Shown here in pieces: positions 48,164-59,030 of a stretch of 64,000 nucleotides of DNA. Below the pieces are notes generated by a model. That model searched no databases, was not told the origin of the DNA, and saw only the letters and a list, made by a program, of their open reading frames with translations. The translations under genes and the position numbers were made by a program. The stretch spans positions 24,552-88,551 of the forward strand of contig JAXMGY010000002.1 of assembly GCA_046347035.1 (NCBI GenBank), written 5' to 3'. This DNA comes from Gammaproteobacteria bacterium (lineage in GTDB: Bacteria > Pseudomonadota > Gammaproteobacteria > JAJPIJ01). Positions within the stretch are counted from its first letter, which is position 1. Each line of letters opens with the position of its first letter.

Positions 48164-48913
48164 TTAACCCTCTGCTTTGACCAGTGCCGTCCAATCGTAG
48201 GTTGTATCTTGGCGGGGATTGTCCACGCCCTGCTGGCGAACTACCACGCGAACACTCTCGGGTGTCATCCCGGTAGGAAGCGTAACCTCCCCCTCCAGGC
48301 TGTAGAAATGCACGAAGCTGAAGGCAAGATTAGCCGTGCGGGTACCATCTCGAACGGCCGTCACCATGAACCGCTGCGCCTGGCCGTCTGCCTTGCCGGC
48401 CACCTCGATCGTAGCCTCCCCATCGGTCACCTTATCATCTTTGTTTAGGTTGGTTAACACCAAACGGTACTGAAAGCGACCGGGATCACTGGTTGGCGAC
48501 ATGCGCAGCGCCTGCACCCGCAAACCGTCGGCATCCTTGGCGTTACGGACAACCTTGCGATAGAAGGCCAATTCTTCGCGCAGCGAATAGGCTTCGTCCT
48601 GCAGCGTGCGAATGTGCTCCTTCAGACGATCATCGGCTTCCTTGTCGATCTGCGCGGCGCGCTCAAGAATGGTGGTGCGCTGCTTGAGTTCGGCGTTCTC
48701 TTTCTTGAGCGATTCGAGTTGTTGAATTGAACTCTCATCGTTGTTATCGAAGCGCGCCATCGCACTCATACGCGCATAGATCTGCTGCCATTGACCGTAT
48801 TCGAACGCCATCCAGATGGCGCCGGCGAGAATCAACAAGCCAATCGTGCTCAACAGCGCCTGACGACCGGGACGGTGCGTTTTTACAACCAGGCGAGGTG
48901 TCTTGAATGGCAT
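48164..48913 (-). CDS. membrane-anchored coiled-coil protein (DUF6776-like)
   Basis: The 249-aa ORF has one N-terminal TM segment, then a coiled coil (LESLKKENAELKQRTTILERAAQIDKEADDRLKEHIRTLQDE). It ends 3 nt upstream of the bactofilin gene start. The family name is from memory. Confidence 0.5.
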   Translation of the reverse strand: MPFKTPRLVVKTHRPGRQALLSTIGLLILAGAIWMAFEYGQWQQIYARMSAMARFDNNDESSIQQLESLKKENAELKQRTTILERAAQIDKEADDRLKEHIRTLQDEAYSLREELAFYRKVVRNAKDADGLRVQALRMSPTSDPGRFQYRLVLTNLNKDDKVTDGEATIEVAGKADGQAQRFMVTAVRDGTRTANLAFSFVHFYSLEGEVTLPTGMTPESVRVVVRQQGVDNPRQDTTYDWTALVKAEG

Positions 48914-48926
48914 CGCAAGGGAATGT

Positions 48927-49971
48927 TTACGGCAGCAGCGCCGGTGTACTCAGGCCAGCGGTTTCGTTAAATCCAAACATCAGGTTCATATTCTGGATGG
49001 CCTGACCCGCTGCACCTTTGACCAGGTTGTCGATCACACTGAGAACGATGACGCGCGTCCCACCTGTTGGCCGATGAACTGCAATTCGGCAAAGATTGGC
49101 GCCGCGTACCGAGCGCGTTTCTGGATGCGCCCCCGCCGGCATCACATCGACGAAAGGCTCGCTGCGATAACGATCCTCAAACACCGCTTGAACATCCGTT
49201 TCAGCGCTAAGCTCGGCATATAGAGTGGCGTGAATGCCCCGCACCATGGGCACCAGATGCGGCACAAAGCTCAAGCCGAGCGTGGTGGCGCCTGCGTTTC
49301 GCAGGTTTTGCTGCATTTCCGGCAAATGGCGATGGCCGCTGGCTGCATAAGCGCGGAAATTGTCGCTGGCCTCGCTAAACAGGTTACGCAGTTCCAATCC
49401 TTTGCCCGCACCACTGACGCCGGACTTGCCGTCGGCGATCAGACGTGAGGTATCCACCAAGCTGCGCTCAATCAGTGGCAAAAAACCCAACGTTACCGCT
49501 GTGACATAGCAGCCCGGATTGGTGACCAGCTGCGCGCCGCGAATGGCTTGCCGGTGCATTTCCGGCAGGCCGTAAACCGCGTGCGAAAGTAGTTGCGGAC
49601 AGGCGTGCGGCTTTCCGTACCAGCGCGCCCATTCGTCTGGATCGCCTCAGCCGAAAGTCAGCCGCCAGATCAATAACCCGCACGCCGGCATCCAGCAACT
49701 CCGGCGCCATGGTCATCGCCGTGCCATTCGGCGTAGCAAAAAAAACCAGATCACACTGTTTCAATGCAGCGGGGTCGGGAGCGGTGAAATCAAGTTCTAC
49801 CAAACCGCGCAGGTTAGGAAACATCTCCGAGACAGCCGTGCCGGCATCCGCGCGCGAGGTAATAAGTTGCAACCGCGCGTGCGGATGAACACATATCAGG
49901 CGCAGCAGCTCGGCGCCGGTATAACCGGTACCACCGACTACGCCAATTCTTACCGTCGCGCTATCGCTCAT
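48927..49971 (-). pseudogene. argC: N-acetyl-gamma-glutamyl-phosphate reductase, single frameshift as given
   Basis: The pieces 49468..49971 ([14 protein letters not shown]...DLAADFRL) and 48927..49559 are in different frames. The second frame extended upstream reads [46 protein letters not shown]. The junction is at about 49642..49650 (one extra nt). Confidence 0.9.
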
Positions 49972-50264
49972 TGCATCCTCTAGATTATGAACTACCGACC
50001 TACTCAGCCACCCGACACTTCCCGCGCGTCATCGCTCGCTCAAATGTAGCTAGTGGAATTCCTTTCGCCTTGCCGAGTAACGCAGGGAACCAAGCGTGAA
50101 CGAGGGCGTGTCGCCGTCTCGCCAAGCATAGGAAACGCAAGGAAATATGGAGATTAAGTTTGTGTTCAAGGGGTGTCAACCAAATTGACGCCTGCAGTCG
50201 CAAACATCGCCGGACGGATGAGCACGCTCATCGCAACCTCGGCTGAGCGCTCGGGAGACTTGCC

Positions 50265-50927
50265 ATGCATGCATTAGACAAGATAGCCCTGACTATGGGC
50301 GTAGGTTGGGCGAGCGGTATTAATCTGTATGCTGCCGTATTCATGCTCGGTTTCATGGGCGCAAATGGATACATAACTTTGCCGGTGGATTTGCAATTTC
50401 TCTCCGATCCGATGGTGATGTTGATCTCGGCCTTCATGTACTGCGTGGAATTCTTCGCTGACAAGACGCCGGGCGTGGATACGGCCTGGGATACGCTGCA
50501 CACATTCATTCGCATACCCGCCGGCGCAATCCTGGCCATGAAGGCTGTCGGTGATACGAACCAGGCCGTCGAGCTGGCGGCATTTATGATGGGCGGAACG
50601 CTGGCCGGCGTCAGCCACTTTACCAAGGCCGGTTCACGCGTACTCATCAACACTTCGCCGGAGCCGTTCTCCAACTGGGCGGCATCATTAAGCGAAGATG
50701 TCGCCGTCATCACCGGTCTGTGGGCGGCCTTACACTATCCAATTGCCTTCCTGGTCGTGCTGGCGCTATTTGTCTGCGTTGCACTGTGGTTACTGCCCCG
50801 ACTGTGGCGCGGAATCGCATCGGTATTCAAGCGTTTGCTCGCGGTATTGGATCGCAATCACAATTCGCCTGCGGCAAACTCACCTGAAATGCCGGCTGGA
50901 GGGCATAATTCGCTACCTCACAAATAA
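50265..50927 (+). CDS. DUF4126 domain membrane protein
   Basis: The 220-aa ORF contains GWASGINLYAAVFMLG and FFADKTPGVDTAWDTLHTFIRIPAGA, typical of DUF4126. Confidence 0.7.
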   Translation: MHALDKIALTMGVGWASGINLYAAVFMLGFMGANGYITLPVDLQFLSDPMVMLISAFMYCVEFFADKTPGVDTAWDTLHTFIRIPAGAILAMKAVGDTNQAVELAAFMMGGTLAGVSHFTKAGSRVLINTSPEPFSNWAASLSEDVAVITGLWAALHYPIAFLVVLALFVCVALWLLPRLWRGIASVFKRLLAVLDRNHNSPAANSPEMPAGGHNSLPHK

Positions 50928-50930
50928 TGA

Positions 50931-51455
50931 TTGTTGAATGCGATGCTGAAAACACTGCGAATTCTTGTAGTTCTGCTTGCGCTGACAGCCGTTGGAATAT
51001 TCGGCCGGCACTATTGGCATTCTCTTTACCACGGGCCGAGCATGGTGCCGGCGCTGACATTGACTGCCACCGACGGCTCACAAATCAACCTGCAGTCCAT
51101 GCGCGGCAAACCGCTGCTGCTGAATTTCTGGGCCCCGAGCTGCCACGACTGCCTTAAAGAAATCCCTGACCTAAAAACCTTGCAGTCGGAATACCAGGCC
51201 AAGGGGTTCACGGTTATCGCGATCGCCGTACCCTGGGATCCGCCACCCGCAGTCCTGGAGATAATGACGCGCAAGCAGTTTAACTTTCCCGTCGCCATCG
51301 ACCTCACCAACGAGGCGCAACGCGCTTTTGGCGGTGTGGAATCGGTACCGACCAGCTTTCTCATCGCACCTGACGGCCGCTTGGTCAAGCGCATTGTCGA
51401 CCGGGTAGATATGGACGCCTTGCGCAAACAATTGAACGATTGGCTGGGCTCTTGA
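50931..51455 (+). CDS. TlpA/redoxin family thiol-disulfide oxidoreductase
   Basis: The 174-aa ORF has an N-terminal TM anchor and a thioredoxin-fold CxxC (NFWAPSCHDCLKE). An ATG at 50943 is an alternative start. Confidence 0.8.
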   Translation: MLNAMLKTLRILVVLLALTAVGIFGRHYWHSLYHGPSMVPALTLTATDGSQINLQSMRGKPLLLNFWAPSCHDCLKEIPDLKTLQSEYQAKGFTVIAIAVPWDPPPAVLEIMTRKQFNFPVAIDLTNEAQRAFGGVESVPTSFLIAPDGRLVKRIVDRVDMDALRKQLNDWLGS

Positions 51456-51489
51456 TTCCGACCATACGTTGCGGCTAGGGTGCAGCGCA

Positions 51490-51915
51490 ATGCTCTGGAT
51501 CCGCGCCTTACACATCATCTTCATGGTCACTTGGTTTGCGGGGTTGTTCTACCTGCCGCGACTATTTGTCTATCACGCGATGAGCGAAGACAGAACCAGT
51601 ATCGAGCGCTTCAAAATCATGGAGCGCAAGCTTTTCTACGGCATTACCACGCCGGGTGGGACTCTAACTATCGTATTCGGATTGATGCTGTTGTTTGGAA
51701 ATGGGTGGAGCCTTTATACGCACGCCGGATGGATGCACGCAAAGCTCGGATTGGTAGCGGTTCTTGTCACGTATCACGTCTACTTGGGCAAATTGCTGGT
51801 TGATTTCAAACACGACCGCAATCGGCACGGCCACGTTTTCTATCGCTGGCTCAACGAATTCCCCGTATTGATTCTTGCCGCAGTGATTGTCTTAGTGGAA
51901 GTCCAACCCTTTTAG
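51490..51915 (+). CDS. hemJ: protoporphyrinogen IX oxidase HemJ
   Basis: ORF 51469..51915, trimmed to MLWIRALHIIFMVTWFAGLFYLPRLFVYHA, the characteristic HemJ N-terminus. Confidence 0.85.
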   Translation: MLWIRALHIIFMVTWFAGLFYLPRLFVYHAMSEDRTSIERFKIMERKLFYGITTPGGTLTIVFGLMLLFGNGWSLYTHAGWMHAKLGLVAVLVTYHVYLGKLLVDFKHDRNRHGHVFYRWLNEFPVLILAAVIVLVEVQPF

Positions 51916-51936
51916 AAGCGCGCACCGGCACCAATG

Positions 51937-51971
51937 AAAAAGCCGCGCAACATTACTGCCGCGCGGCTTTT
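51937..51971. terminator. bidirectional rho-independent terminator between hemJ and the 6-Cys peptide gene
   Basis: AAAAGCCGCGC-13 nt loop-GCGCGGCTTTT has T-runs on both strands. It sits between two convergent genes. Confidence 0.7.
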
Positions 51972-51995
51972 ATGCACTGAATTTACTAGGGCGCA

Positions 51996-52253
51996 CTAAC
52001 CGGAGACTTTGCCACCCTTGGCGTCGCAGTCCGACGGGCTTGTCATGGTAATGCCATGGCCCTTGCAAGCGTTCTGGCCCTTGCAGGCATTGGATGCGGA
52101 CTTGCAGGCACCCTGACCTTTGCAGGCATTGATACCCATGCAGGCCACATCCTTACCCTCGGCGTGAACAGCAGTGACAGGCGCGAAGGCAAACAGCATC
52201 GCGGCGGTGGTGGCCAGCGCGGCGCCGGCACGTGTCTTGGTCGATACGGTCAT
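51996..52253 (-). CDS. small secreted 6-Cys peptide, possibly a BufA2-type bufferin precursor
   Basis: The 85-aa ORF has a GGAGAG Shine-Dalgarno and a signal peptide ending AVHA. The mature part is EGKDVACMGINACKGQGACKSASNACKGQNACKGHGITMTSPSDCDAKGGKVSG, with six Cys in A-C-K-G-like repeats. The family resemblance is from memory. Confidence 0.6.
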   Translation of the reverse strand: MTVSTKTRAGAALATTAAMLFAFAPVTAVHAEGKDVACMGINACKGQGACKSASNACKGQNACKGHGITMTSPSDCDAKGGKVSG

Positions 52254-52429
52254 CGTGTCTCTCCAGTGATATCAGTGGTTGGGAAAATCATTGCGGCCCT
52301 TGCCGCACGCACGTTGGATGCCAACAGACGAGCAAGGTTACAGCACGCAGCTGAATGGGCACTGTATTGGCCTTAAGGTTCCCCGCCGCAGGCGGTCAAA
52401 TAGTCGAAACCGTCGCATAAAATAGCCGA

Positions 52430-53215
52430 ATGAGCCTTTCCAATTACAGACCTGTGATTCTAGCCATCGGTGGCCACGACCCCACCGGTGGCGCCGGCAT
52501 CCAGGCCGATATCGAGGCGATCAGTGCCAATGGCGGCCGTGCCGTTACCCTCGTCACGGCATTGACCGTACAAAACTCGGCACGATTTCAGCGCTGCATT
52601 CCCGTGGCAACCGACACAATCATGGAAGCAGCGCAAGCACTGACTGAAGATATAGACATACAGGCAATTAAGATCGGACTGGTGCCGAACGCCGCGATTG
52701 CTGAAACGATTGCGGCATTGCTCGATCGATTCTCGAAATTGCCGGTGGTGCTGGATCCAGTGCTCGCTTCAGGAACCGGAAGCGAAGTCGCCGACGCGCA
52801 AACCGCCGCGGCGCTAGTCGCCTTGCTACGACGAGTCACGGTGGTGACGCCAAACACCGACGAAGCACGGCGTTTGACCAGCACGCGGCCATTGGGCGAA
52901 GCGGCGGCTACACTGCTGGAAGCTGGGGCCGCGAATGTGCTCGTGACGGGCACGCACGCGCAAACACCTGAGGTCATCAACACGCTGTACCAACGAACGC
53001 ATTCAATGCACTGGAGCTGGCCAAGACTGCCGCATGTGTATCACGGCTCAGGTTGCACGCTGGCGTCCGCGCTCGCGACATGGCTTGCAAGCGGCGTGGA
53101 GGTAACTGCGGCCTGCAGCCTCGCACAAGCCTTTGCCTGGCAAAGCCTGGCGCAGGCCGTGAGGCTGGGCAAGGCGCAATATCACCCGCAACGGCTTGCG
53201 GGCAGCGAAGATTGA
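52430..53215 (+). CDS. thiD: hydroxymethylpyrimidine/phosphomethylpyrimidine kinase
   Basis: The 261-aa ORF contains VILAIGGHDPTGGAGIQADIEA, VVTPNTDEA and GSGCTLASALA. Confidence 0.9.
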   Translation: MSLSNYRPVILAIGGHDPTGGAGIQADIEAISANGGRAVTLVTALTVQNSARFQRCIPVATDTIMEAAQALTEDIDIQAIKIGLVPNAAIAETIAALLDRFSKLPVVLDPVLASGTGSEVADAQTAAALVALLRRVTVVTPNTDEARRLTSTRPLGEAAATLLEAGAANVLVTGTHAQTPEVINTLYQRTHSMHWSWPRLPHVYHGSGCTLASALATWLASGVEVTAACSLAQAFAWQSLAQAVRLGKAQYHPQRLAGSED

Positions 53216-53217
53216 TC

Positions 53218-53871
53218 ATGGCGCTGCCACTGCCACAACATGGTTTATACGCCATTACTCCCGAGCGGATAACCGACATCGAAGAACTACTGAAACGCGT
53301 GGAGCAGGCAATCCGAGGCGGGGCGGTGATGGTGCAGTATCGGGCCAAGTCCTCGGCGCAGGAGTCGCATGCGCGCGCCCTGCTTGTCATCTGCAGAAAG
53401 CTCAATGTTCCACTCATTGTCAACGACGATGCCGAGCTTGCGAGCAGAATTGGCGCCGATGGCGTGCACCTGGGTGCCGCGGACATGAGTTTAACGGGCG
53501 CGCGCCAACTGCTGGGAACCCAAGCCATCATCGGCGTCTCCTGCTACAACGATTACACACGCGCACAAATGGCTGTTTCTCGCGGCGCAAACTACGTGGC
53601 CTTCGGCAGTTTTTTTTCTTCTCCGACTAAGCCTAACGCCGCACGTGCACCGCTGGAGCTGTTACGCCGCGCCAGGGCGGAACTCGGCGCGCCGGTCGTT
53701 GCCATCGGCGGCATCACACCCGAGAATGGCGGTTCGCTCATCGCGGCGGGTGCGGATTTGCTAGCCGCTATCGACGGCCTGTTCGGCAGCAGCGACGTGC
53801 TGAGCGCCGCGCGTCGTTACGCTGCACTGTTTACAACGCAAACCGCCGGCGGAAACAGCGTTACAAATTAG
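53218..53871 (+). CDS. thiE: thiamine-phosphate synthase
   Basis: ORF 53053..53871, trimmed to [16 protein letters not shown], 3 nt after the thiD stop. It contains [14 protein letters not shown] and VAIGGI. Confidence 0.88.
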   Translation: MALPLPQHGLYAITPERITDIEELLKRVEQAIRGGAVMVQYRAKSSAQESHARALLVICRKLNVPLIVNDDAELASRIGADGVHLGAADMSLTGARQLLGTQAIIGVSCYNDYTRAQMAVSRGANYVAFGSFFSSPTKPNAARAPLELLRRARAELGAPVVAIGGITPENGGSLIAAGADLLAAIDGLFGSSDVLSAARRYAALFTTQTAGGNSVTN

Positions 53872-53902
53872 ACTTCACTTCATCGAAACGGTCCAATCAA
53901 AC

Positions 53903-55186
53903 ATGACTCGCTCATCAGAACTCTTTGCTCAAGCGCAGCGATATATTGTTGGCGGCGTGAATTCACCGGTGCGCGCCTTCAAGCACGTCGGCGGCGATCC
54001 GATTTACTTCCGTCGCGGCGAGGGCGCTTATCTCATCGATGAGGACGAGCAGCGCTACATCGACTACGTGGGTTCATGGGGGCCGCTGATTCTCGGCCAT
54101 GCGCATCCTGAGGTGCTTGAAACGGTAACACGTGTTGCCCGCGATGGGTTGAGCTTCGGCGCACCCACAGCCATCGAAACGCAACTGGCGCGCAAGGTAT
54201 GCGAGCTGATGCCCAATATCGAGCTGCTGCGCTTTGTAAGCTCGGGCACGGAAGCGGCCATGAGTGCCATTCGACTGGCACGCGGTTTTACCAAGCGCGA
54301 TCGCATCATCAAATTCGAAGGTTGCTACCACGGCCATGCCGATTCCTTGCTGGTGAAAGCCGGATCGGGCGCACTAACGCTTGGCGTTCCTACCTCCCCG
54401 GGCGTACCCGCGGCATTAGCGGAACTCACGTTAACGCTTTCCTATAACGACCTCGACCAGGTCAACGCCGCGTTCGCGCGCTATGGCAGCGATATTGCCG
54501 CCGTTATCGTTGAACCCATTGCTGGCAACATGAACTTCATTGCGCCGGAATCGGATTTCTTGCCGGGATTGCGCCGAGTTTGCGATCAGCACGGTGCCTT
54601 GCTCATCATCGATGAGGTGATGACCGGCTTCCGTGTTGCCCTGGGTGGCGCGCAATCACTGTATGACGTCAAACCTGATTTAACGGTCCTGGGCAAAGTC
54701 ATTGGCGGCGGTATGCCGGTCGGCGCATTTGGCGGTGGGCGTGAAATCATGGAGCACTTGGCGCCGCTGGGGCCGGTGTATCAGGCCGGCACCTTGTCCG
54801 GCAATCCGGTGGCCATGGCGGCAGGTTTGGCAACGCTGGATCTGGTTTCTCGTCCCGGGTTCCATGACCGATTGCTGGCCACCACCGAAGCACTGATGCA
54901 GGGTCTGCGCGCCGAGGCGCGGCGCGCCGGCGTTCCCATGCATACGGCTCACGCCACGGGCATGTTTGGCGTTTTCTTCACGGAACAAACAGCTGTTTCG
55001 CGGTTCTCACAGGTAATGCAATGCAACGTGGAACGCTTCAAGCGCTTCTTTCACGGCATGCTGGCGCGCGGAGTGTACCTGGCGCCGTCGGCGTTTGAAG
55101 CTGGTTTCGTCTCCTGCATGCATGGATCGAACGAGATCGATCGCACGCTGAGCGCCGCCAGTGAAGTGTTGCCCACACTAACTTAG
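53903..55186 (+). CDS. hemL: glutamate-1-semialdehyde 2,1-aminomutase
   Basis: The 427-aa ORF contains [21 protein letters not shown] and [16 protein letters not shown]. Confidence 0.95.
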   Translation: MTRSSELFAQAQRYIVGGVNSPVRAFKHVGGDPIYFRRGEGAYLIDEDEQRYIDYVGSWGPLILGHAHPEVLETVTRVARDGLSFGAPTAIETQLARKVCELMPNIELLRFVSSGTEAAMSAIRLARGFTKRDRIIKFEGCYHGHADSLLVKAGSGALTLGVPTSPGVPAALAELTLTLSYNDLDQVNAAFARYGSDIAAVIVEPIAGNMNFIAPESDFLPGLRRVCDQHGALLIIDEVMTGFRVALGGAQSLYDVKPDLTVLGKVIGGGMPVGAFGGGREIMEHLAPLGPVYQAGTLSGNPVAMAAGLATLDLVSRPGFHDRLLATTEALMQGLRAEARRAGVPMHTAHATGMFGVFFTEQTAVSRFSQVMQCNVERFKRFFHGMLARGVYLAPSAFEAGFVSCMHGSNEIDRTLSAASEVLPTLT

Positions 55187-55202
55187 AACGTTTGGAGGAA
55201 GC

Positions 55203-55772
55203 ATGTCGCGCCTCATCACCGCGCTGCTGTTATGCCTACTTGCCAGCGCCACCATGGCGGATCAAAGCGATCCGCGGCTCAACCCGCTGTTCGAAAAACT
55301 CAAGGGCGCACACGAAGAAAATGAAGCGGTCGGTACGGCGAACGAGATCTGGAAGATCTGGTTTCAGTACCGTGATGCGGATATTGCCGCGCAACTGCAG
55401 GAAGCGGTGAAAGCCAAAGATGCAGGTAATCTTGATCAGGCACTGGAGATCGTCAACAAGGTGGTCGAGCGCGCACCGGATTTCGCCGAAGCCTGGAACC
55501 AGCGCGCCATCATTTACTACAACGTTGGCTATTACGATGCGTCGTTGAAAGATGTGGAAGAAACACTGAAGCTGGAGCCGCGCCACTTCGGCGCCCTGTC
55601 CGGGCGTGGCATGTGCTATCTGGGATTACGTGATCCGGATGCAGCGCTCGATGCGTTCGAGGAAGCGCTTTACGTCCATCCTTGGCTGACGACGGCGCGC
55701 ACTTATGCCGCTACGTTGCGCGAACGCGAGGCCATTCGCCGCCGCAACGGACTGACCGACGTCAACCGCTGA
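55203..55772 (+). CDS. secreted tetratricopeptide-repeat protein
   Basis: The 189-aa ORF has a signal peptide and TPR-like units (AWNQRAIIYYNVGYYDASLKDVEETLKLEP). Confidence 0.7.
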   Translation: MSRLITALLLCLLASATMADQSDPRLNPLFEKLKGAHEENEAVGTANEIWKIWFQYRDADIAAQLQEAVKAKDAGNLDQALEIVNKVVERAPDFAEAWNQRAIIYYNVGYYDASLKDVEETLKLEPRHFGALSGRGMCYLGLRDPDAALDAFEEALYVHPWLTTARTYAATLREREAIRRRNGLTDVNR

Positions 55773-55784
55773 CCGACATCGCGC

Positions 55785-56327
55785 CTAGAAGCCGTCGGTA
55801 GAGGTAAACAACCCCACACGCAAGTCCTTGCCCGTATAAATTACGCGGCCATCGACTTCCATCTCGGCATCCCCAATGCCCATCACCAGCTTGCGCAGAA
55901 TGACGCGCTTCATGTCTATGCGGTACGTCACCAGCTTGGCTTTTGGCGTGACCTGGCCAGTGAATTGAACCTCGCCGCAACCCAACGCCCTGCCGTGCCC
56001 GGGACCACCCTGCCAGGCGAGGAAAAATCCAATCAACTGCCACATTGCGTCCAGGCCCAGACAGCCGGGCATCACCGGATCGCCGGTGAAATGACAGTCG
56101 AAAAACCACAATGACGGATTGATATCGAGTTCGGCGTGAATGAAACCCTTGCCGAATTTGCCGCCGTCAGCCGCGATAGACTGGATGCGGTCGAACATCA
56201 GCATCGGCGGGAGGGGAAGTTGGGCGTTGCCCGGTCCGAAGAGATGCCCATTGCCGCAGGCAATGAGCTCGTCGCGGGTGTAGGCGGACTTGGGTGTAAA
56301 AGTGACTGGGGCGTTCATGGGGCGCAA
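55785..56327 (-). CDS. fabA: 3-hydroxydecanoyl-ACP dehydratase/isomerase
   Basis: The 180-aa ORF contains [12 protein letters not shown] and [24 protein letters not shown]. Confidence 0.93.
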   Translation of the reverse strand: MRPMNAPVTFTPKSAYTRDELIACGNGHLFGPGNAQLPLPPMLMFDRIQSIAADGGKFGKGFIHAELDINPSLWFFDCHFTGDPVMPGCLGLDAMWQLIGFFLAWQGGPGHGRALGCGEVQFTGQVTPKAKLVTYRIDMKRVILRKLVMGIGDAEMEVDGRVIYTGKDLRVGLFTSTDGF

Positions 56328-56584
56328 AGACTACGGAAGAAAGCCCGCTAACACAAGTGCAACGTGCCGATTGTTCTTTTCAAATTGAGCACTTACGTGC
56401 GTTCGGAGGAATCAGCGAACCCTCTGCCGCAGTGCATTACCGAAGCGCCTGAATTTCCTACGAAGTTGAACAAGAAATCGATAGCCGCTGCAATCGGAAC
56501 GGAGCTTGCAATAACTTTCCTGAATCACCCTATAGCAAGCGTCACGGATGCCGCTAAATTCCGGACGCCCGAAAACGATTTTTC

Positions 56585-58932
56585 ATGCTCAGAACCATTC
56601 GCGGTCGCATTCTGCTCATGCTAGTTGCCATGTCTGTTGCAGCGGGCTTGGGCTTGTTTGCGCTGGAAAAAATGCAGCAGAGCCAACTGGCCATCGCCGC
56701 AGGCATGCAATCGGAGGAGTTTCGCGATCAGCTGCAACGCAGTATGGAGCTGTTTGGCGCCACCCACGCCAGCCATACCTTTGACTACACCTACTGGGAC
56801 GAGATGGTGGATCTGGTCACCACACGCGACGAAAAGTGGGCGCACGACAACATCGAAAGCAGTATTTCCACGATGGGTGTTTCCGCAGCCTGGGTGCTCA
56901 ATCCGGCCCTTGAAGTTGCCTACGCCACAACACTGGGGATGCCCAATCCCGAAGACAAATCGCTTCCAACAGGCATCGACATGGCTCAGTTGAAGTGGCA
57001 ATTGCAGCGACAGCCGTTCCAGCACTTCTTCGTCACCGATAGCCGCGGATTACTGGAATTCCGAACAGCGCCGATTCAGCCCACCACCGATGCCGAACGC
57101 AAGACTCCGGCACAAGGTTACTACCTCACGGCGAAGCTTTGGGATAAGGCCTATCAGGATCACATCGGCACGTTTCTCAACGGCCACGTTTGGGCGAGCC
57201 CACAAAGCGATTCGCCCGACCCCCACGATGCAAACGCCGGCCATGTACAGATCCGTTTGTCCCTGCCCGGGCTGGACGGAAAACCCACCAGCTGGCTTTT
57301 TGCTCATCGCGATTTCGCACCGATAGATCTCTGGCAACGTTACCTGCATCTGCAAGTCATTCTGTATCTCATCATGAGCGGAATACTGCTCGCCGCCTTC
57401 TACCTTGTTTTGACGCGCCTAGTGAGCAAACCGCTGAATCTGGTGAATAACGCACTTCGTGGTGACAACAGTGCAATCAATGGACTGGCTGCAACCGGAA
57501 CCGAATTCTGTGCGATTGCTGGCTTGCTCAACGACAACCGAATTCAGCGTGTCGCATTGGAAGAAGAAAACCTGCAGCGCCGGGCGTTGCAGGAGGAGCT
57601 TGAACACTTCGCGAATCACGACCCGTTGACTGGTTTAGCCAATCGCAAACTTTTCACCGAAGTACTGAACAACCGGATCGCCGATGCCGCGCATTTTGAC
57701 CGCAAGCTGGCGGTCCTCTACATCGATCTCGATCGATTTAAGAACATTAACGACATGCACGGGCACCCGCTCGGCGATCGGCTGCTGTGTGTTGTCGCTG
57801 ACCTGCTGCGCAACTGTCTCGGCCCAGATGGTCTCGCAGCCCGCATTGGAGGCGATGAATTCCTGCTCTGTGTAGGTCCATACGATGAAGTGGGGGAGGT
57901 TCTTACACTCGCGGAAGGACTGCTGCAATCATTGTCGAAACCTTTACGCATTGATAACAACGAGGCGTTCACTGCCGCCAGCATCGGCATCAGTCTCTTT
58001 CCTCAACACGGCGATGACGCAGGTAAACTCATCGCCTATGCCGATCAGGCAATGTATCGTGTCAAGCACAGCGGCCGCAACGGCTACAAAGTAGTGGATC
58101 CGGAGTTGATGAACGAAGAAGTCACGCGCCTCTCCATTGAGGCGCAGTTGCGACGCGTTCTCGAGCGCGGTGAACTTTACCTGCAGTATCAGCCACGCAT
58201 GGATCGGCGCAGCGGCGAAATTGTAGCGGTGGAAGCCCTTTTGCGCTGGAAGCATCCTGAGCGTGGAAACATATCGCCCGACGTGTTCATTCCCCTGGCC
58301 GAGGAGAACGGGTTGATCCAACCCATCGGCCTGTGGGTTTTGCGTGAGGCTTGCAGGCAGCATGTGAACTGGCAGAGCGAAGGACTGGGCCTTTCCGCAT
58401 GGCAGTTAACCTGTCGGCAAAACAACTTCGGTCGCCTAGCCTCGCCGAAAACATCTTGGCGATTGTCAATGAAACCGGAATCGAGCCGCATTTCCTGGAA
58501 TTGGAGTTGACTGAAAGCGCGCTCGACACCAATCACACCGCCACCGCGGCATTTATGAATTCCATGGCAGAACGCGGGATTCGATTTGCCATCGATGATT
58601 TTGGCGTCGGTTACTCAAGCTTGGGTTATCTCAAGGACCTTCCCGTAAACACACTGAAGATCGATCGCTCGTTCCTGCGTGGCGCTGAGCACAATCCCGC
58701 ACAATCGCGCCTGATCGCCGGCATCACCTCACTGGCGCACGGATTGGGCGTCGCGGTTGTTGCCGAAGGTGTTGAAAATTCAGAGCAGTTGAATTTGGTA
58801 AGCGTACATGGCTGCGACGAAATGCAAGGCTATCTCATCAGCCGTCCGCTGCCAGCCAGTGAAATCGCACCATTTATCGCGCGCGTCAGCGAACGTCCGG
58901 CACATTTGCGCATCGCCGTTTACCGCGCCTAG
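56585..58932 (+). pseudogene. membrane sensor GGDEF-EAL protein, single frameshift in the EAL domain as given
   Basis: The pieces 56585..58510 and 58351..58932 are in different frames. They join as ...NWQSEGLG / PFRMAVNLSAKQL around 58389..58392, consistent with a CCC read as CC. GGDEF (RIGGDEF) and EAL (VEALLRWKHPERG, DDFGVGYS) are intact. Confidence 0.88.
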
Positions 58933-59030
58933 AGGCGCCCCTCTTGCACGGCACGCCGCGCGCTAAATTGCTCGCACAATACTGCAGCACAATTCCCACC
59001 ACGAAGCGATCTTGTTTTTCAGTCTGCTAT

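Noticed and set aside
50217-50232. Perfect palindrome GATGAGC-AC-GCTCATC, 33 nt upstream of the DUF4126 gene, as an operator
   Set aside because: It is short, single-copy in the window and has no candidate regulator nearby. It cannot be distinguished from chance.
52254-52429. Possible TPP (THI-box) riboswitch upstream of thiD-thiE
   Set aside because: I looked for the conserved THI-box core (CTGAGA ... ACCTGATCTGGATAATGCCAGCG-like) on the plus strand and found nothing resembling it. The region more likely holds divergent promoters for thiD and the 6-Cys peptide gene.
55785-56327. fabA without an adjacent fabB as an anomaly
   Set aside because: fabA is monocistronic in several proteobacteria (for example Escherichia coli), so the absence of fabB here is not informative.
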